A DNA stretch of 64,000 nt. Source: Nitrososphaeria archaeon. Lineage in GTDB: Archaea; Thermoproteota; Nitrososphaeria; Geothermarchaeales; JDFR-13. Under the pieces are notes generated by a model, which saw nothing but the letters and a program-made list of their open reading frames with translations, had not been told where the DNA came from and did not search any database. Location: contig JALWXN010000001.1 of the NCBI GenBank assembly GCA_027078545.1, forward strand, positions 22,312-86,311. The letters are read 5' to 3'. The position numbers and the translations under genes are program-made. Below are positions 29,567 through 39,869 of the stretch, in pieces; the first letter of the stretch is position 1, and every line of letters begins with the position of its first letter.

Positions 29567-30151
29567 GTGGATCTGGGGCTACACCCCACACGCCTAGTAG
29601 TCCTCCTAGCTATGCATACAGGGAGGGAGTGGGAGAGGCTGGCCCATCTATACGGCTTGACCGAGGCTGAGCTTAGGCGTCTCCACGGTATGAAGGATCT
29701 CCTCGGGGATGACGAGGCCTTCTACAGGGTTGTTGAGGCTCTACTGGCACAGGGATACGTGGATGACGTGGCCCGAGTACTTACGTGGAGGGGCTTCGAG
29801 AGGCTTACAGCCTACATACTTAGGAGCTATGGATATAGGGTGGAGTTGAATGTTAGGCTGGGGCGTAGGGAGATCGATGTCCTAGGTAGGGGTAGGGGCC
29901 ACACGCTATGTATAGACTGTAAACAGTGGGATAGGCCATTGATACCCTCTGCCGCTAGGAGGATACTCGAGGATCTAAAGACTAAGTGTGGGGAGCTGGG
30001 GGATATAAGTGGTAGGAGGATACCCCTAATAGTCTCGCTCAGGATGAGGAGGCCACTTATCATTAAGGGGATTGGGGCTGCGCTGCCCCTCGTGGCTCTG
30101 CCAGAGTTTCTAGGGGAGCTGCCCGTGATGCTTGGGACTGGTGAGCTTTAG
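29567..30151 (+). CDS. PD-(D/E)xK restriction-endonuclease-like protein
   Basis: WRGFERL...GYRV...EIDVLG...IDCKQW. Confidence 0.8.
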   Translation: MDLGLHPTRLVVLLAMHTGREWERLAHLYGLTEAELRRLHGMKDLLGDDEAFYRVVEALLAQGYVDDVARVLTWRGFERLTAYILRSYGYRVELNVRLGRREIDVLGRGRGHTLCIDCKQWDRPLIPSAARRILEDLKTKCGELGDISGRRIPLIVSLRMRRPLIIKGIGAALPLVALPEFLGELPVMLGTGEL

Positions 30152-30156
30152 AGGGG

Positions 30157-30330
30157 CTACCTAGCGAGTACCCTGTTACCCATATCCCTCCTAACCTTCT
30201 CGAGGACTGTGAAGTTGCATTTGGGGCATTTGAGGAAGCTCTGCTGTGAGATTACAGCCGCTGTGAAGACGCTTCCACATTTTAGGCAGCGGTAGCGGAT
30301 ACTCTTGGTATCCAGCTTAATATTCCTCAT
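30157..30330 (-). CDS. rpo12: RNA polymerase subunit Rpo12 (P), not in the ORF track
   Basis: Manual translation (57 aa): MRNIKLDTKSIRYRCLKCGSVF...LKCPKCNFTVLEKVRRDMGNRVLAR, matching the YxCxxC..CPxC..L.K.R pattern. Confidence 0.85.
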   Translation of the reverse strand: MRNIKLDTKSIRYRCLKCGSVFTAAVISQQSFLKCPKCNFTVLEKVRRDMGNRVLAR

Positions 30331-30398
30331 GGCAAGTAGAATTTATATTGACCCACCTATTTAAAGATGCTAGGCCCTGGGCTGAGGTGCGCCTCGAG

Positions 30399-31532
30399 AT
30401 GCCATCTATAGCTATATTCACCCCCACCCGCTCCTCAATAATCCTCCTATCGAGGGTCTATAGGGAGCTTATCGAGTCTACAGACATATCCATCCTCCAC
30501 TATGATGTGGTGGAGGAGCATGGATGGTTTGAGAAGGGGCTTCAATACGTATCCCTAGAGTATGACAAGCCTAGGAGGGTTATTAGGTACCGGGATATGG
30601 AGGCCCTTACAAATGAGGTTAGGGAGGTTGTTGAGAGGGATGAGCCGGACCTAGCTGTACTGGCTGGCTACTCACCAGCCACCAAGACGATTCTAGACAC
30701 ATTGGCCAGCATGGATGTGAAGACTGTGCATCTAGAGTCGGGTCTGAGGACCTATACAGAGTCTGAGGAGGAGTATCTCAGGCAGTACATCGACTGGCAC
30801 AGCACCGTGAACCTCACACCTGGGAGGCAGTACTATGAGAACCTTGTGAGGGAGGGGTTCCCACGTGAACAGCTATACAACGTCGGCTCCCCCATTGTGG
30901 ACGCCGTGTTGACGAATATCTCTAGGGCTGAGAGGCTCAGCAGCATACTCGAGGAGATCGGGCTTGAGAAGAGGCGTTACATACTGGCCTACACCGGCTC
31001 CCACGACCCTTCACGCTTCTTGGAGGCTGTTGGGGAGGCGTCCCTCAAGTGGGATATAGACGTCGTGATACCACTGGCTAAGTGGCAGAAGAAGAGGCTT
31101 ATCGATATGGGGCTCTACTACGAGTCGATGACCAAGTACCTCGTCATACCGATAGAGATCCAGGACTATCTGGACCATCTAAGCCTGATAAACAACTCGA
31201 GGCATGTAGTGACCGACTCTCCCGAGCTGGCCCTAGAATCCTCGGTACTTAGGAGGGGGGTGACCCTGATAACCGGGTCTCCAGACCTATATAACCTCGT
31301 GGATCGTGGGGTCGCTACTACAGCCTCTATAGACGAGTTGTCGAGCATCCCTGTGGAGAGGCTTGGGAGGAGGCGTGGGCTAGACGTCTCCAAGGTCTTC
31401 GGAGGTGGGGAGAGCCACCTCAGGATCGTGGATGCAGTGAAGGGCTTTATAGATGCGAGGCTAACCAGGCCGGTGTGGCGCGGCCCAAGGTATAGCCACG
31501 GCGGTGGGGAGGGTGTGGAGCTAGGGGTCTAG
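30399..31532 (+). CDS. UDP-GlcNAc 2-epimerase (WecB)-like protein, degenerate
   Basis: EPDLAVL, HLESGLRT, EEYLRQ, NVGSPIVDA, VVTDS; catalytic motifs altered. Confidence 0.75.
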   Translation: MPSIAIFTPTRSSIILLSRVYRELIESTDISILHYDVVEEHGWFEKGLQYVSLEYDKPRRVIRYRDMEALTNEVREVVERDEPDLAVLAGYSPATKTILDTLASMDVKTVHLESGLRTYTESEEEYLRQYIDWHSTVNLTPGRQYYENLVREGFPREQLYNVGSPIVDAVLTNISRAERLSSILEEIGLEKRRYILAYTGSHDPSRFLEAVGEASLKWDIDVVIPLAKWQKKRLIDMGLYYESMTKYLVIPIEIQDYLDHLSLINNSRHVVTDSPELALESSVLRRGVTLITGSPDLYNLVDRGVATTASIDELSSIPVERLGRRRGLDVSKVFGGGESHLRIVDAVKGFIDARLTRPVWRGPRYSHGGGEGVELGV

Positions 31533-31535
31533 ACG

Positions 31536-32246
31536 GTGCGTCTGATGCCCAGGAGACTAGTGGTTATACCCACCTATAGGGAGGCTGATAACCTGCCAAG
31601 CCTCCTAGAGGCCATATTGAGCCAGCCAATAGAGCTGGACATCTACGTCGTGGATGATGATAGTAGGGATGGGACGGAGGAGATTCTGAGGCGCTACAGG
31701 GAGGGGTATGGGGATAGGGTGGGATACGTTATAAGGAGGGATGAGAGGGGGTTCGCATCAGCCCTCTACACGGGCTATAGATATGGCTATGATACGGGCT
31801 ACGACTACGTCGCCCAGATGGATGCCGATCTCCAGCACGACCCCCAATACCTCCCGAGCCTATTCGGGAAGGCGGAGGAGGGCCTCGACCTAGTAGTTGC
31901 TTCACGATACGTGGAGGGCGGCGGTATAGAGGGGTGGCCACTAACCAGGAGGATTATCAGCTGGGGTGCCAATACATATGCCCGGATAGTCCTAGGCCTC
32001 CCGATCAGGGATGTGACGAGTGGATACAGGGTCTTTAGTAGGGAGGCAATATCCACCCTCCTGGGACATAGGCCTAGGTCACGGGGCTTCATGATCCAGG
32101 TGGAGACCGCCTATATACTCCATAGGGCTGGGCATAGGCTTGGTGAGGTTCCATTCATATTCAGGAGTAGGAGGGCGGGTAGGAGCAAGCTGGGGATTGG
32201 CATGATCCTGGAGTTCTTTATTAATGTACTCAGGCTTAGAATATAG
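31536..32246 (+). CDS. GT2 polyprenol-phosphate glycosyltransferase (DPM synthase-like)
   Basis: IPTYREADN, VDDDSRDGT, MDADLQHDP, DVTSGYR, GRSKL. Confidence 0.92.
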   Translation: MRLMPRRLVVIPTYREADNLPSLLEAILSQPIELDIYVVDDDSRDGTEEILRRYREGYGDRVGYVIRRDERGFASALYTGYRYGYDTGYDYVAQMDADLQHDPQYLPSLFGKAEEGLDLVVASRYVEGGGIEGWPLTRRIISWGANTYARIVLGLPIRDVTSGYRVFSREAISTLLGHRPRSRGFMIQVETAYILHRAGHRLGEVPFIFRSRRAGRSKLGIGMILEFFINVLRLRI

Positions 32247-32252
32247 CTTGGA

Positions 32253-33074
32253 ATGGAGGTCTCCCTAGGATTTATCCAGCCTAGGCTTAGGTTTGGGGAT
32301 CTAGACTGGAACATGAGCCGTATAGATAGGCTGGCCCAGGCACTGGACTCCCCCGACCTAATAGTCCTACCCGAGCTCACATATACCGGGTACCTCTTCC
32401 GCTCAAGGGAGGAGGCGTTGGAACTGGGCAGGAGGTTCTGGGAGACCAGTTTGGAACATCTTCTTAGGCTGAGCGATAGGCTGTCAGCCACTGTGGTGGC
32501 TGGGGTTGCCGAGCCCGGTGGTGATAGGCTCTACAACTCGGCGGTGGTAGCGTCTAAGGGCGAGTTGCTGGGGATATATAGGAAGATACACCTCTTCAAC
32601 GAGGAGAAGACCTGGTTCGATCCTGGTGATAGGCCGCCCAGCATCTTCGACGTGGGGTTCAGGCTCGGTGTTATGATATGCTTCGACTGGGCATTCCCAG
32701 AGGTTGCACGTAGCCTCGCCCTCCAGGGTGCGGATGTGATAGCCCATCCAAGCAACCTAGTCTTCGACTATGCCTATACAGCAACCCTTGTAAGGGCTAG
32801 GGAGAACTCTGTCTATATAGTCACGGCTAATAGGGTGGGTATGGATGACCGTGGGGATAAGAGGCTCCTCTTCAAGGGGATGAGCCAGATAGCCTCGCCT
32901 GATATGGAGCCTATCTATAGGGCTAGGCCCTACACTGAGGAGGCGTACACCGCTATAGTGGATCTTGGGAGGGCTAGGGATAAATGGATAACTAGGAGGA
33001 ACCACTTATTGAGGGATCGTAGGCCGGAGCTATACCTACTAGGCGGGGAGGAGCTGGAGAGGGAGGAGGCGTGA
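32253..33074 (+). CDS. Nitrilase-family carbon-nitrogen hydrolase
   Basis: E-K-C triad: LPEL, YRKIHLF, ICFDW; ANRVG. Confidence 0.92.
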   Translation: MEVSLGFIQPRLRFGDLDWNMSRIDRLAQALDSPDLIVLPELTYTGYLFRSREEALELGRRFWETSLEHLLRLSDRLSATVVAGVAEPGGDRLYNSAVVASKGELLGIYRKIHLFNEEKTWFDPGDRPPSIFDVGFRLGVMICFDWAFPEVARSLALQGADVIAHPSNLVFDYAYTATLVRARENSVYIVTANRVGMDDRGDKRLLFKGMSQIASPDMEPIYRARPYTEEAYTAIVDLGRARDKWITRRNHLLRDRRPELYLLGGEELEREEA

Positions 33075-34351
33075 ATATAGACAGCCTCTTCGGCGGCGGC
33101 CCTGTCCTTGATGGTTTCGTGAAGCCTAGGCTCTACAGCGAGAGTATATGTGTCAGGTGTAGGGGGAGGGATCTACTCTGTGGGAAGCCTGTATGCCCAG
33201 TCATACTGGAGTATAGGGCGTTGATGGAGAGCTATAGGGAGCTGTATAGAGAGGATATCTATGGGGCGAGCCCACCAAGCGTGTTCATAGGTAGGATGGG
33301 GTATCCAAAGGTCTCGATGGGTGTCCTCACACCTCCCGAGACTGGTGACACCTCTATCTACGACTATCCCGAGAGGTGGCACAGCCTAGGCCTAGAGGAT
33401 ATTCTCCGTCTGAGGAGTAGGCTGGTCCTGGGCTGGAGGAGGGTGGATAAGCACCTCCCAAGGAGGGGTGACAGGCTATACCACGACATCCTAGACCTAG
33501 CGATAGCACGTAGGAGCCCAGAGGTGGAGATCCGGCTCGAGAAACGCCCCGTCAGGGTCATGGTTATAGACGAGGATATAACGCCCTTCGGCCCTAGGGC
33601 CCCGGTCAAGAGCCTCTCACTGGGGAGCCTGAAGATAGACTATCGTATCGAGAAGAGGGTGGGCGATACCGATCTACCGGCTGAGGAGGGTGTTGTCGAG
33701 CTGTACCGCTCCGGTGTCGAGGTCAGTAGGATCATCAGGGTCTTCAGCATGGGGGGCCTTGGGAGGAGGGGTAGACGTGTACTCGTACCTACTAGGTGGT
33801 CGATAACGGCTGTCGACGATATCATTGGGAGGTGGCTCTACAGGAGGGTTAGGCGCTACCCAGAGATAGATACCTACCTAGTCTATGAGAAGGACTTCCT
33901 GGAGAATAGGTATGTAGCTCTCCTAATACCTGGTCCATGGATGTACGAGTTTATGGAGGCCTGGTACCCAGGGACCTTCTGGAACCGTCTAGGGACTAGG
34001 GTGGTTGTAGAGGGATCAGCAGAGTTTGGGAGGCCTAGGAGGGAGTATGCAGATATAGGTGGCTGCTACTACGCCTCACGCCTAGCCACCCTCGAGTATC
34101 TCGACAGGATTGGTAGGCAGGCATCGGTAGTGATCTTTAGGGAGGCGTATCCAGGCTATGTCTTCCCAGTTGGCGTGTGGAGTGTACGTGAAAGTGTCCG
34201 TATGCTCTTCAGGGAGAGACCCTTGAGGTTTGAGTCTCTAGAGGAGGCCCTCAACCATGTGTTCAGTAGGCTTAGGACGCCTAGGGATATGTGGAGGAGT
34301 GAGGTCATAGACTTCTGGACTAGGCAGAGGCGTCTAGGTGATTATCTTTGA
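33071..34351 (+). CDS. nreA: Nre-family DNA repair protein
   Basis: CVRCRG..LCGKPVCP, SPPSVFIG, LVPTRWSITAVD, GGCYYA; C-terminal PIP box QRRLGDYL. Confidence 0.92.
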   Translation: MNIDSLFGGGPVLDGFVKPRLYSESICVRCRGRDLLCGKPVCPVILEYRALMESYRELYREDIYGASPPSVFIGRMGYPKVSMGVLTPPETGDTSIYDYPERWHSLGLEDILRLRSRLVLGWRRVDKHLPRRGDRLYHDILDLAIARRSPEVEIRLEKRPVRVMVIDEDITPFGPRAPVKSLSLGSLKIDYRIEKRVGDTDLPAEEGVVELYRSGVEVSRIIRVFSMGGLGRRGRRVLVPTRWSITAVDDIIGRWLYRRVRRYPEIDTYLVYEKDFLENRYVALLIPGPWMYEFMEAWYPGTFWNRLGTRVVVEGSAEFGRPRREYADIGGCYYASRLATLEYLDRIGRQASVVIFREAYPGYVFPVGVWSVRESVRMLFRERPLRFESLEEALNHVFSRLRTPRDMWRSEVIDFWTRQRRLGDYL

Positions 34352-35193
34352 CCCCGGTATATAGGGAGAGGATCAGGGGTAGCTACTACCTCCATAGGAC
34401 GCCCCTCCCCGAGATGGATTATAGCATAAACCCGTACTTCGGGTGTGAGGGGGGCTGTAGATACTGCTACTCCATCCAGTACTTCAAGATACGTGGGGTG
34501 GACTATGACTGGGGAGAGTATATAGAGGCTAAGATGTACCTCCCCCGTGAGCTGGCTAAGAAGCTGGATAGGTTCGAGAGGGGGGCGGTCATAGGGATAG
34601 GAACCTATATAGATCCCTACCAGCCACTGGAGGCCAGGACGAGGCTCACCAGGAGGGTTATCAAGGTCCTAAGGTGGAGGCGGGATCTACACCTATCGAT
34701 ACAGACGAGGTATCCCCTAGTCCTCAGGGATCTAGACCTCATAGCTGCTGGCCCAGCGGATGTAGGTACTTCTGCACCGTCCTACGACAAGATGTTCTGG
34801 AGGGTTCTTGAGCCTAGGACCCCTGCCCCCTGGGCTAGGGTAGCAATGCTGGGAAGGTTCTCTGAGAGGGGTGTGGAGACATGGGTCTACTACGCCCCGG
34901 TTATGCCCCGGCTCAACGACGATCCTGCCATGTTCGAGGAGGTTGTTATCGACGCGGTTAACAGGGGGGTCGAGACTATATACACGGATATTCTACGCTT
35001 CAAGGTGGGTGTGAGGGAGCGTCTACTGAGGGCCCTGGAGGATTATAGGCCGGATCTGGTGGGGCTCTATAGGGGGCTTGGTAGGAGGGAGCTCTACCAA
35101 TGGTATAGGGAGGTGGTGAGGAGGTTCTCCGAGATTGCTGGGAGATATGGGGTGAAATATATAGATGCTGAGCCGATGATGTTCCGTACATAG
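34348..35193 (+). CDS. Radical SAM protein, SplB-like family
   Basis: INPYFGCEGGCRYCY and DPYQPLE. Confidence 0.88.
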   Translation: MTPVYRERIRGSYYLHRTPLPEMDYSINPYFGCEGGCRYCYSIQYFKIRGVDYDWGEYIEAKMYLPRELAKKLDRFERGAVIGIGTYIDPYQPLEARTRLTRRVIKVLRWRRDLHLSIQTRYPLVLRDLDLIAAGPADVGTSAPSYDKMFWRVLEPRTPAPWARVAMLGRFSERGVETWVYYAPVMPRLNDDPAMFEEVVIDAVNRGVETIYTDILRFKVGVRERLLRALEDYRPDLVGLYRGLGRRELYQWYREVVRRFSEIAGRYGVKYIDAEPMMFRT

Positions 35194-35253
35194 GCTGGGT
35201 ATACCGACCCCCTTAAATCGCCGTATAACTACATATCTTTTGGTAGATCTGCT

Positions 35254-36144
35254 ATGGAGTGGATGGTTCTCCAGGCCGTTATAGATATTGGTAGCCTAAT
35301 ACTCGCGATAGTAATCATCATATTCCTGGCGATATTGATAAGGGCCTCGATAAGGGTGGTTAGGGAGTATGAGAGGATCGTTGTTTTCAGGCTTGGTAGG
35401 GCTATCGGTGTGAAGGGGCCTGGCCTAGTCTTCCTCATACCCTTCATCGACGTCCCTGTAAAGGTGGATCTTAGGGAGCAGTATATCGAGGTGACTAAGC
35501 AGACATGTATCACTAAGGACAACGCACCCGTCGATATAGACTTCCTCATATACTTCAAGGTCGTGGACCCGCTGGAGAGTGTGCTGAACGTTAGGGACTT
35601 CAAGGGTGCGGCCACCGGCGTGGCGACTACTACTCTTAGGGCTGTGATAGGAGATATCGAGCTGGACTCTGTACTGGCTAAGAGGGAGGAGATAAACAAT
35701 ATCCTAAGGGTGAAGCTTGACGAGGTGACCCAGAAATGGGGTGTCAAGGTAACGCTGGTTGAGATTAGGGAGATTACTCCTCCGAGGGAGGTGCAGGACG
35801 CGATGATTAGGCAGATGAGTGCGGAGCGTAACAGGAGGGCCATGGTAACCGAGGCGGAGGGTAAGAAGGAGTCTGCGATCAAGGTGGCTGAGGGTGAGCG
35901 TCAGAGCGCTATTCTGAGGGCTGAGGGTGAGAGGCAGGCGATGATCCTGAGGGCCGAGGGATATGCACTGGCCCTAGCCAAGATATTGGAGGTGGCCCGT
36001 GAACTGGATGAGAACACGATGATCCTCCAGTACCTAGATACTCTAAAGGAGGTGGCGAGGGGAGAGTCTACAAAGATAGTACTCCCGATGGAGGTGACGA
36101 AGCTCATAGAGGATGTGAAGAAGTTTCTAGAGAAGAGGGGTTAG
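35254..36144 (+). CDS. SPFH/stomatin-family protein
   Basis: VREYERIVVFRLG, ITKDN, WGVKV, C-terminal AEGE repeats. Confidence 0.95.
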   Translation: MEWMVLQAVIDIGSLILAIVIIIFLAILIRASIRVVREYERIVVFRLGRAIGVKGPGLVFLIPFIDVPVKVDLREQYIEVTKQTCITKDNAPVDIDFLIYFKVVDPLESVLNVRDFKGAATGVATTTLRAVIGDIELDSVLAKREEINNILRVKLDEVTQKWGVKVTLVEIREITPPREVQDAMIRQMSAERNRRAMVTEAEGKKESAIKVAEGERQSAILRAEGERQAMILRAEGYALALAKILEVARELDENTMILQYLDTLKEVARGESTKIVLPMEVTKLIEDVKKFLEKRG

Positions 36145-36149
36145 CCCCT

Positions 36150-37391
36150 ATGGCTAGGGCCCCAGCCCTCCTAACCCTAGTCTTTATACTTGCATTGACA
36201 GGTGTGTGGGGCCAGCCCTCCGAGCCTATAAAGGTGATCGTGGTAGATGGGACGATAGACGGTGGGTATGGAGACCTTGTGGGTAGGCATCTATATACGT
36301 CGGACCCCGGTGAGCCGGTCATCATCTACCTGAGGACTAATGGTGGGTATCTTAAGCCTACCCAGGACATTGTGACGGCCATACTAGAGTCGGGTGCCAA
36401 TGTGACTGTCTTCGTCCCCAAGGGTGGCTTCGCCTTCTCAGCGGGGGTGTATATCTCGCTCTCGGCTGAGACGCTGGCGATGGGCCCGGGCTCGTCGATA
36501 GGCTCGGCGGAGCCTAGGGATCTATCTGGTAACGTGGATCCGAAGGTTCTGAATGCTATGGTGGCCTGGATAGAGAGTATTGCGGAGGCCCGTGGTAGGA
36601 ACGTGACAGCTGCTAGGCTAATGGTGCTTGAGAACCTTAACCTACCGGCTGAGGAGGCTGTACGCCTAGGCGTCGCCGATCTACTGGTGGGTGATCTGGC
36701 GGGGCTCCTAGACATACTTGGGCTCTCCGGCAGGCCCGTGGAGTATGTTGAGAAGGATGTCCGTAGCCACCTCCTAGCAATGTTGACAGACCCATTCATC
36801 CTAGGCATACTCCTCAACATAGCCGCCCTACTCATCCTGATCGAGCTCTTCAACCCGACCTATATAGGCATGGTGGTGGCGGCCGCCCTCCTAGTCATGG
36901 CCTTCCTAGGCCTAGGCATCCTAGGGGCAGACTCCACGGCGGTTATACTCATGTTGATCGGGGCCTTCGCGATTGTTATGGAGACGTGGTTCGGGGAGGG
37001 GGAGCTCGCCGTGGCTGGGGCAGTCATGACGATCCTGGGGATACTCCTCCTCTACCGGGGGGAGTACTTCATATGGACCCTAAATATGAGGCTCCTCGTG
37101 ATAGGTGGGATGATACTCCTAATAGCTGGTGTTGGCTTCTTCGGCTTCTACCTCCACAAGATTAGGGAGACCCTCGCTATGAGGGAGAGCCCCCTGGAGA
37201 AGAGTAGGCTGGTTGGTATGAGGGGGGTGGCTAAGTCGGATATAGTGCCTGGTAAGCCGGGGATCGTACACGTCGCTGGTGATGACTGGACGGCTAGGTC
37301 CGACGTATACATTCCAAAGGATGCTGAGGTTGTTGTGGAGAGGGTTGATGGCCTGATCCTCTGGGTCAGGCCTGCCGAGGAGGCTGGCTGA
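36150..37391 (+). CDS. nfeD: NfeD membrane serine protease
   Basis: TNGG, AFSAG, IGSAEP, TM region, C-terminal OB domain; paired with stomatin. Confidence 0.9.
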   Translation: MARAPALLTLVFILALTGVWGQPSEPIKVIVVDGTIDGGYGDLVGRHLYTSDPGEPVIIYLRTNGGYLKPTQDIVTAILESGANVTVFVPKGGFAFSAGVYISLSAETLAMGPGSSIGSAEPRDLSGNVDPKVLNAMVAWIESIAEARGRNVTAARLMVLENLNLPAEEAVRLGVADLLVGDLAGLLDILGLSGRPVEYVEKDVRSHLLAMLTDPFILGILLNIAALLILIELFNPTYIGMVVAAALLVMAFLGLGILGADSTAVILMLIGAFAIVMETWFGEGELAVAGAVMTILGILLLYRGEYFIWTLNMRLLVIGGMILLIAGVGFFGFYLHKIRETLAMRESPLEKSRLVGMRGVAKSDIVPGKPGIVHVAGDDWTARSDVYIPKDAEVVVERVDGLILWVRPAEEAG

Positions 37392-38544
37392 GGCCTAGCC
37401 TCTCAACCAGCTGGGCTACCTCGTCCTCCGCCTCCTCGAAGTACTGTATAACTATCTGCTCATCCCCCCTTAGCCTATAGCCCTTGACCGGTGGGTTGAG
37501 GTACCAGTAGCCACCGACCTTTATCGCCAGTATATCCACCCCGAGCTTTGTGAGGCCTAGGTCGGCCAGCTCCTTCCCGGCCAGCTCCCTAGGGATCCTC
37601 AGGAGCCTATACCTCTCATCGGTGGTCTCGAGTATCGTCTCTATGATGGGGTGTGGCGGTATACCCATCCTTAGGCTGTAGGTCATGTCTAGCGCGGCGT
37701 CTCCAAGGTATTCACAGGAGTCTATAAACTCTATGAGGGCGAGCTTCTCCTTATCACTTATTCCGCTATCTGCTATGACGCCTGTCTTTAGATCCTTCGT
37801 CACCTGGTCTATCCCATCCTCTAGAGACTCTAGCTCCTGGGCAAGCTCCTCCGAGCCTGTGAAGAGGGCTCCATAGGCCAGGTCAACCATGAACTCGCTT
37901 AGGTTCTTCACGTAGAGTATGCCCTCCAGCTTCTCGGGATCCAGCCTCACACCTCCGCCGCCCCTCTCACCATGCATCGAGATGATCCTCCTGATAGTCT
38001 CGGCCAATCCCTTGATGTAGATGACGTCCCCCTCCCTGAGAACCACGTCCTCCCCGGGTGAGAGTATGTAGTCGTCACCCCTCCTAATGGCTACTACGTC
38101 GAATATCTCGCCTACTATGTCGTAGGCCCTCTCTATAGACCCGTCTTTGAAGGGGCTGTCCCCCGTGATCCGGAGTGTGTAGACGAAGTTTGTCCTGCTG
38201 TTCCTCATAACATAGTCTCCCAGCTCTATCCTCAGCCTGTCATGGGTGAGCTCTGATATGTCCTTCGCCACCTCGCTTATCTTGTCTACTGCTGAGGCCA
38301 TGTCGAAGACTGAGAGCATCCTCTCGGCGTCCTCCCTATCCCTGGTGGCTAGTGCCGCCTGCATTATCAATAGGCTCCTCAGATAGTCCACCCTATCGTC
38401 TAGGTGGCTTATCTCCCTGTAGAGGGAGGGGTCTCCGAAGAATAGGCTGCAGTAGGATAGGCTCATAATTAGCTGTGAAAGGTCTTTGAGCTCTCTTAGG
38501 AGCTCCGCCACTGGTTTGGGGCTGTATCCTAGCCTCCTACCCAA
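37366..38544 (-). CDS. PhoU/TrkA-C (RCK_C) domain ion-transport regulator
   Basis: Two PhoU-like helical repeats, each followed by an RCK_C domain (VVAIRRG..ILSP). Confidence 0.82.
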   Translation of the reverse strand: MGRRLGYSPKPVAELLRELKDLSQLIMSLSYCSLFFGDPSLYREISHLDDRVDYLRSLLIMQAALATRDREDAERMLSVFDMASAVDKISEVAKDISELTHDRLRIELGDYVMRNSRTNFVYTLRITGDSPFKDGSIERAYDIVGEIFDVVAIRRGDDYILSPGEDVVLREGDVIYIKGLAETIRRIISMHGERGGGGVRLDPEKLEGILYVKNLSEFMVDLAYGALFTGSEELAQELESLEDGIDQVTKDLKTGVIADSGISDKEKLALIEFIDSCEYLGDAALDMTYSLRMGIPPHPIIETILETTDERYRLLRIPRELAGKELADLGLTKLGVDILAIKVGGYWYLNPPVKGYRLRGDEQIVIQYFEEAEDEVAQLVERLGLSQPPRQA

Positions 38545-38704
38545 CTTCTACACCCTCGCCATATGAATCTATGGCTACAATAATAATTTGGTGTCCACGG
38601 CTTATAGCAGGGCCTGGATGTCTTGGATGGCTATTGCCATGTAGATCGGGGCTTGATGGAGGGGGGCGGCGTGTCCAGTATGCCTATATGTATCGAGTTC
38701 TGGG

Positions 38705-39829
38705 GTGGCCTGCTTGGATAGGGGGGAGTTTCTCCAGGGCTTGGCATCCTTCTCCGCCTCCCTCCTCAACATCGTCTCCGGCCTCCTACTCTACATATAC
38801 AGCCCCGGGCTGGACCAGGGGCTGGTCATCATCCTTCCTATGATGCTCAGCTTCCGTGGAGCCTTGACAGGGATCTTTAGCGGGGGGTATTCCTCGGGCC
38901 TCCACCTAGGTAGTATGTATCCCGGTCTCAGGCGTAACACACCAGTATTTTATGGCCACCTCATGGCGGTCATGATCGATAGCTATATAGTCGTCCTACT
39001 ATCCACGGTGGCGGGCTCAGCTGCTGAGTATATACTCACGGGGTCTACAGACCCGGCTAGGATCTTCTTGATAACGAGCTACGTCGTGATCCTTAGCATG
39101 GCTTTGACACTCCCCTTCAACGTGGTTCTTGGGGCGGTGATCTTTAGGAGGGGTTGGAACCCTGATATCATGCTCTACCCAGTGGCTAGCAACTTCTCCG
39201 ACATCGTGACCAGCCTCCTACTAGTCTCTGTGACCCTGATGCCTCCGACCACTCTCTGGCTCCTCTCCAGCCTATCCCTACTGCTCTACACCCTCCTGGC
39301 TATTAGGCTGTACTCCTATTCCGATACAGGGGTTGTTAGGAGGGGTGTGGCGGAGTCCCTCCTCTCCCTCCTCATGGTGGCCCTCTCCTCTGGCTTGGGC
39401 GGGTTTATGCTTGGGGGGTTCTGGGAGGCGCTAATGGATAGGCCATATATCTACATGGTCGTCCCAGCCATCCTAAGCCTCGTCGGGAGCTTCGCCGCCG
39501 CCCTCGCCTCGAGGGCGACCACCCTGCTACACCTAGGGGAGTATATAGGTTCCCTAGGCGTGGTCTCTAGGCTTGTCGCCCCACTATTAACATCCGCAGC
39601 GGTAGTGGCTGGGCTCAGCGTCTCACCTGTCCTTCTTGTGGCCCATCCCCTGGAGCCTCTACGCCTCCTCCTCTCATCGATCATAGCGATGACCCTGCTT
39701 GGAGTCTTCTCCCTAGTCCTGTCGATAGCTGTCTTTATGCGTGGCCTCGATCCCGACAACCTGGTTATCCCTGTGGTCACCTCACTATCCGACCTGGCGG
39801 CTATTGCCACTCTTATCCTCGTCTCCTAA
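38705..39829 (+). CDS. MgtE-type integral membrane transporter (duplicated domain)
   Basis: GWNPDIMLYPVASNFSD and GLDPDNLVIPVVTSLSD; GLHLG/LLHLG. Confidence 0.85.
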   Translation: MACLDRGEFLQGLASFSASLLNIVSGLLLYIYSPGLDQGLVIILPMMLSFRGALTGIFSGGYSSGLHLGSMYPGLRRNTPVFYGHLMAVMIDSYIVVLLSTVAGSAAEYILTGSTDPARIFLITSYVVILSMALTLPFNVVLGAVIFRRGWNPDIMLYPVASNFSDIVTSLLLVSVTLMPPTTLWLLSSLSLLLYTLLAIRLYSYSDTGVVRRGVAESLLSLLMVALSSGLGGFMLGGFWEALMDRPYIYMVVPAILSLVGSFAAALASRATTLLHLGEYIGSLGVVSRLVAPLLTSAAVVAGLSVSPVLLVAHPLEPLRLLLSSIIAMTLLGVFSLVLSIAVFMRGLDPDNLVIPVVTSLSDLAAIATLILVS

Positions 39830-39869
39830 CCCCTCCTCAATGCTTTTAAGCCCTGTCCATATAATATAT

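Noticed and set aside
29567-30151. Restriction-modification or defence system
   Set aside because: Single PD-(D/E)xK gene among housekeeping genes, with no methyltransferase or partner
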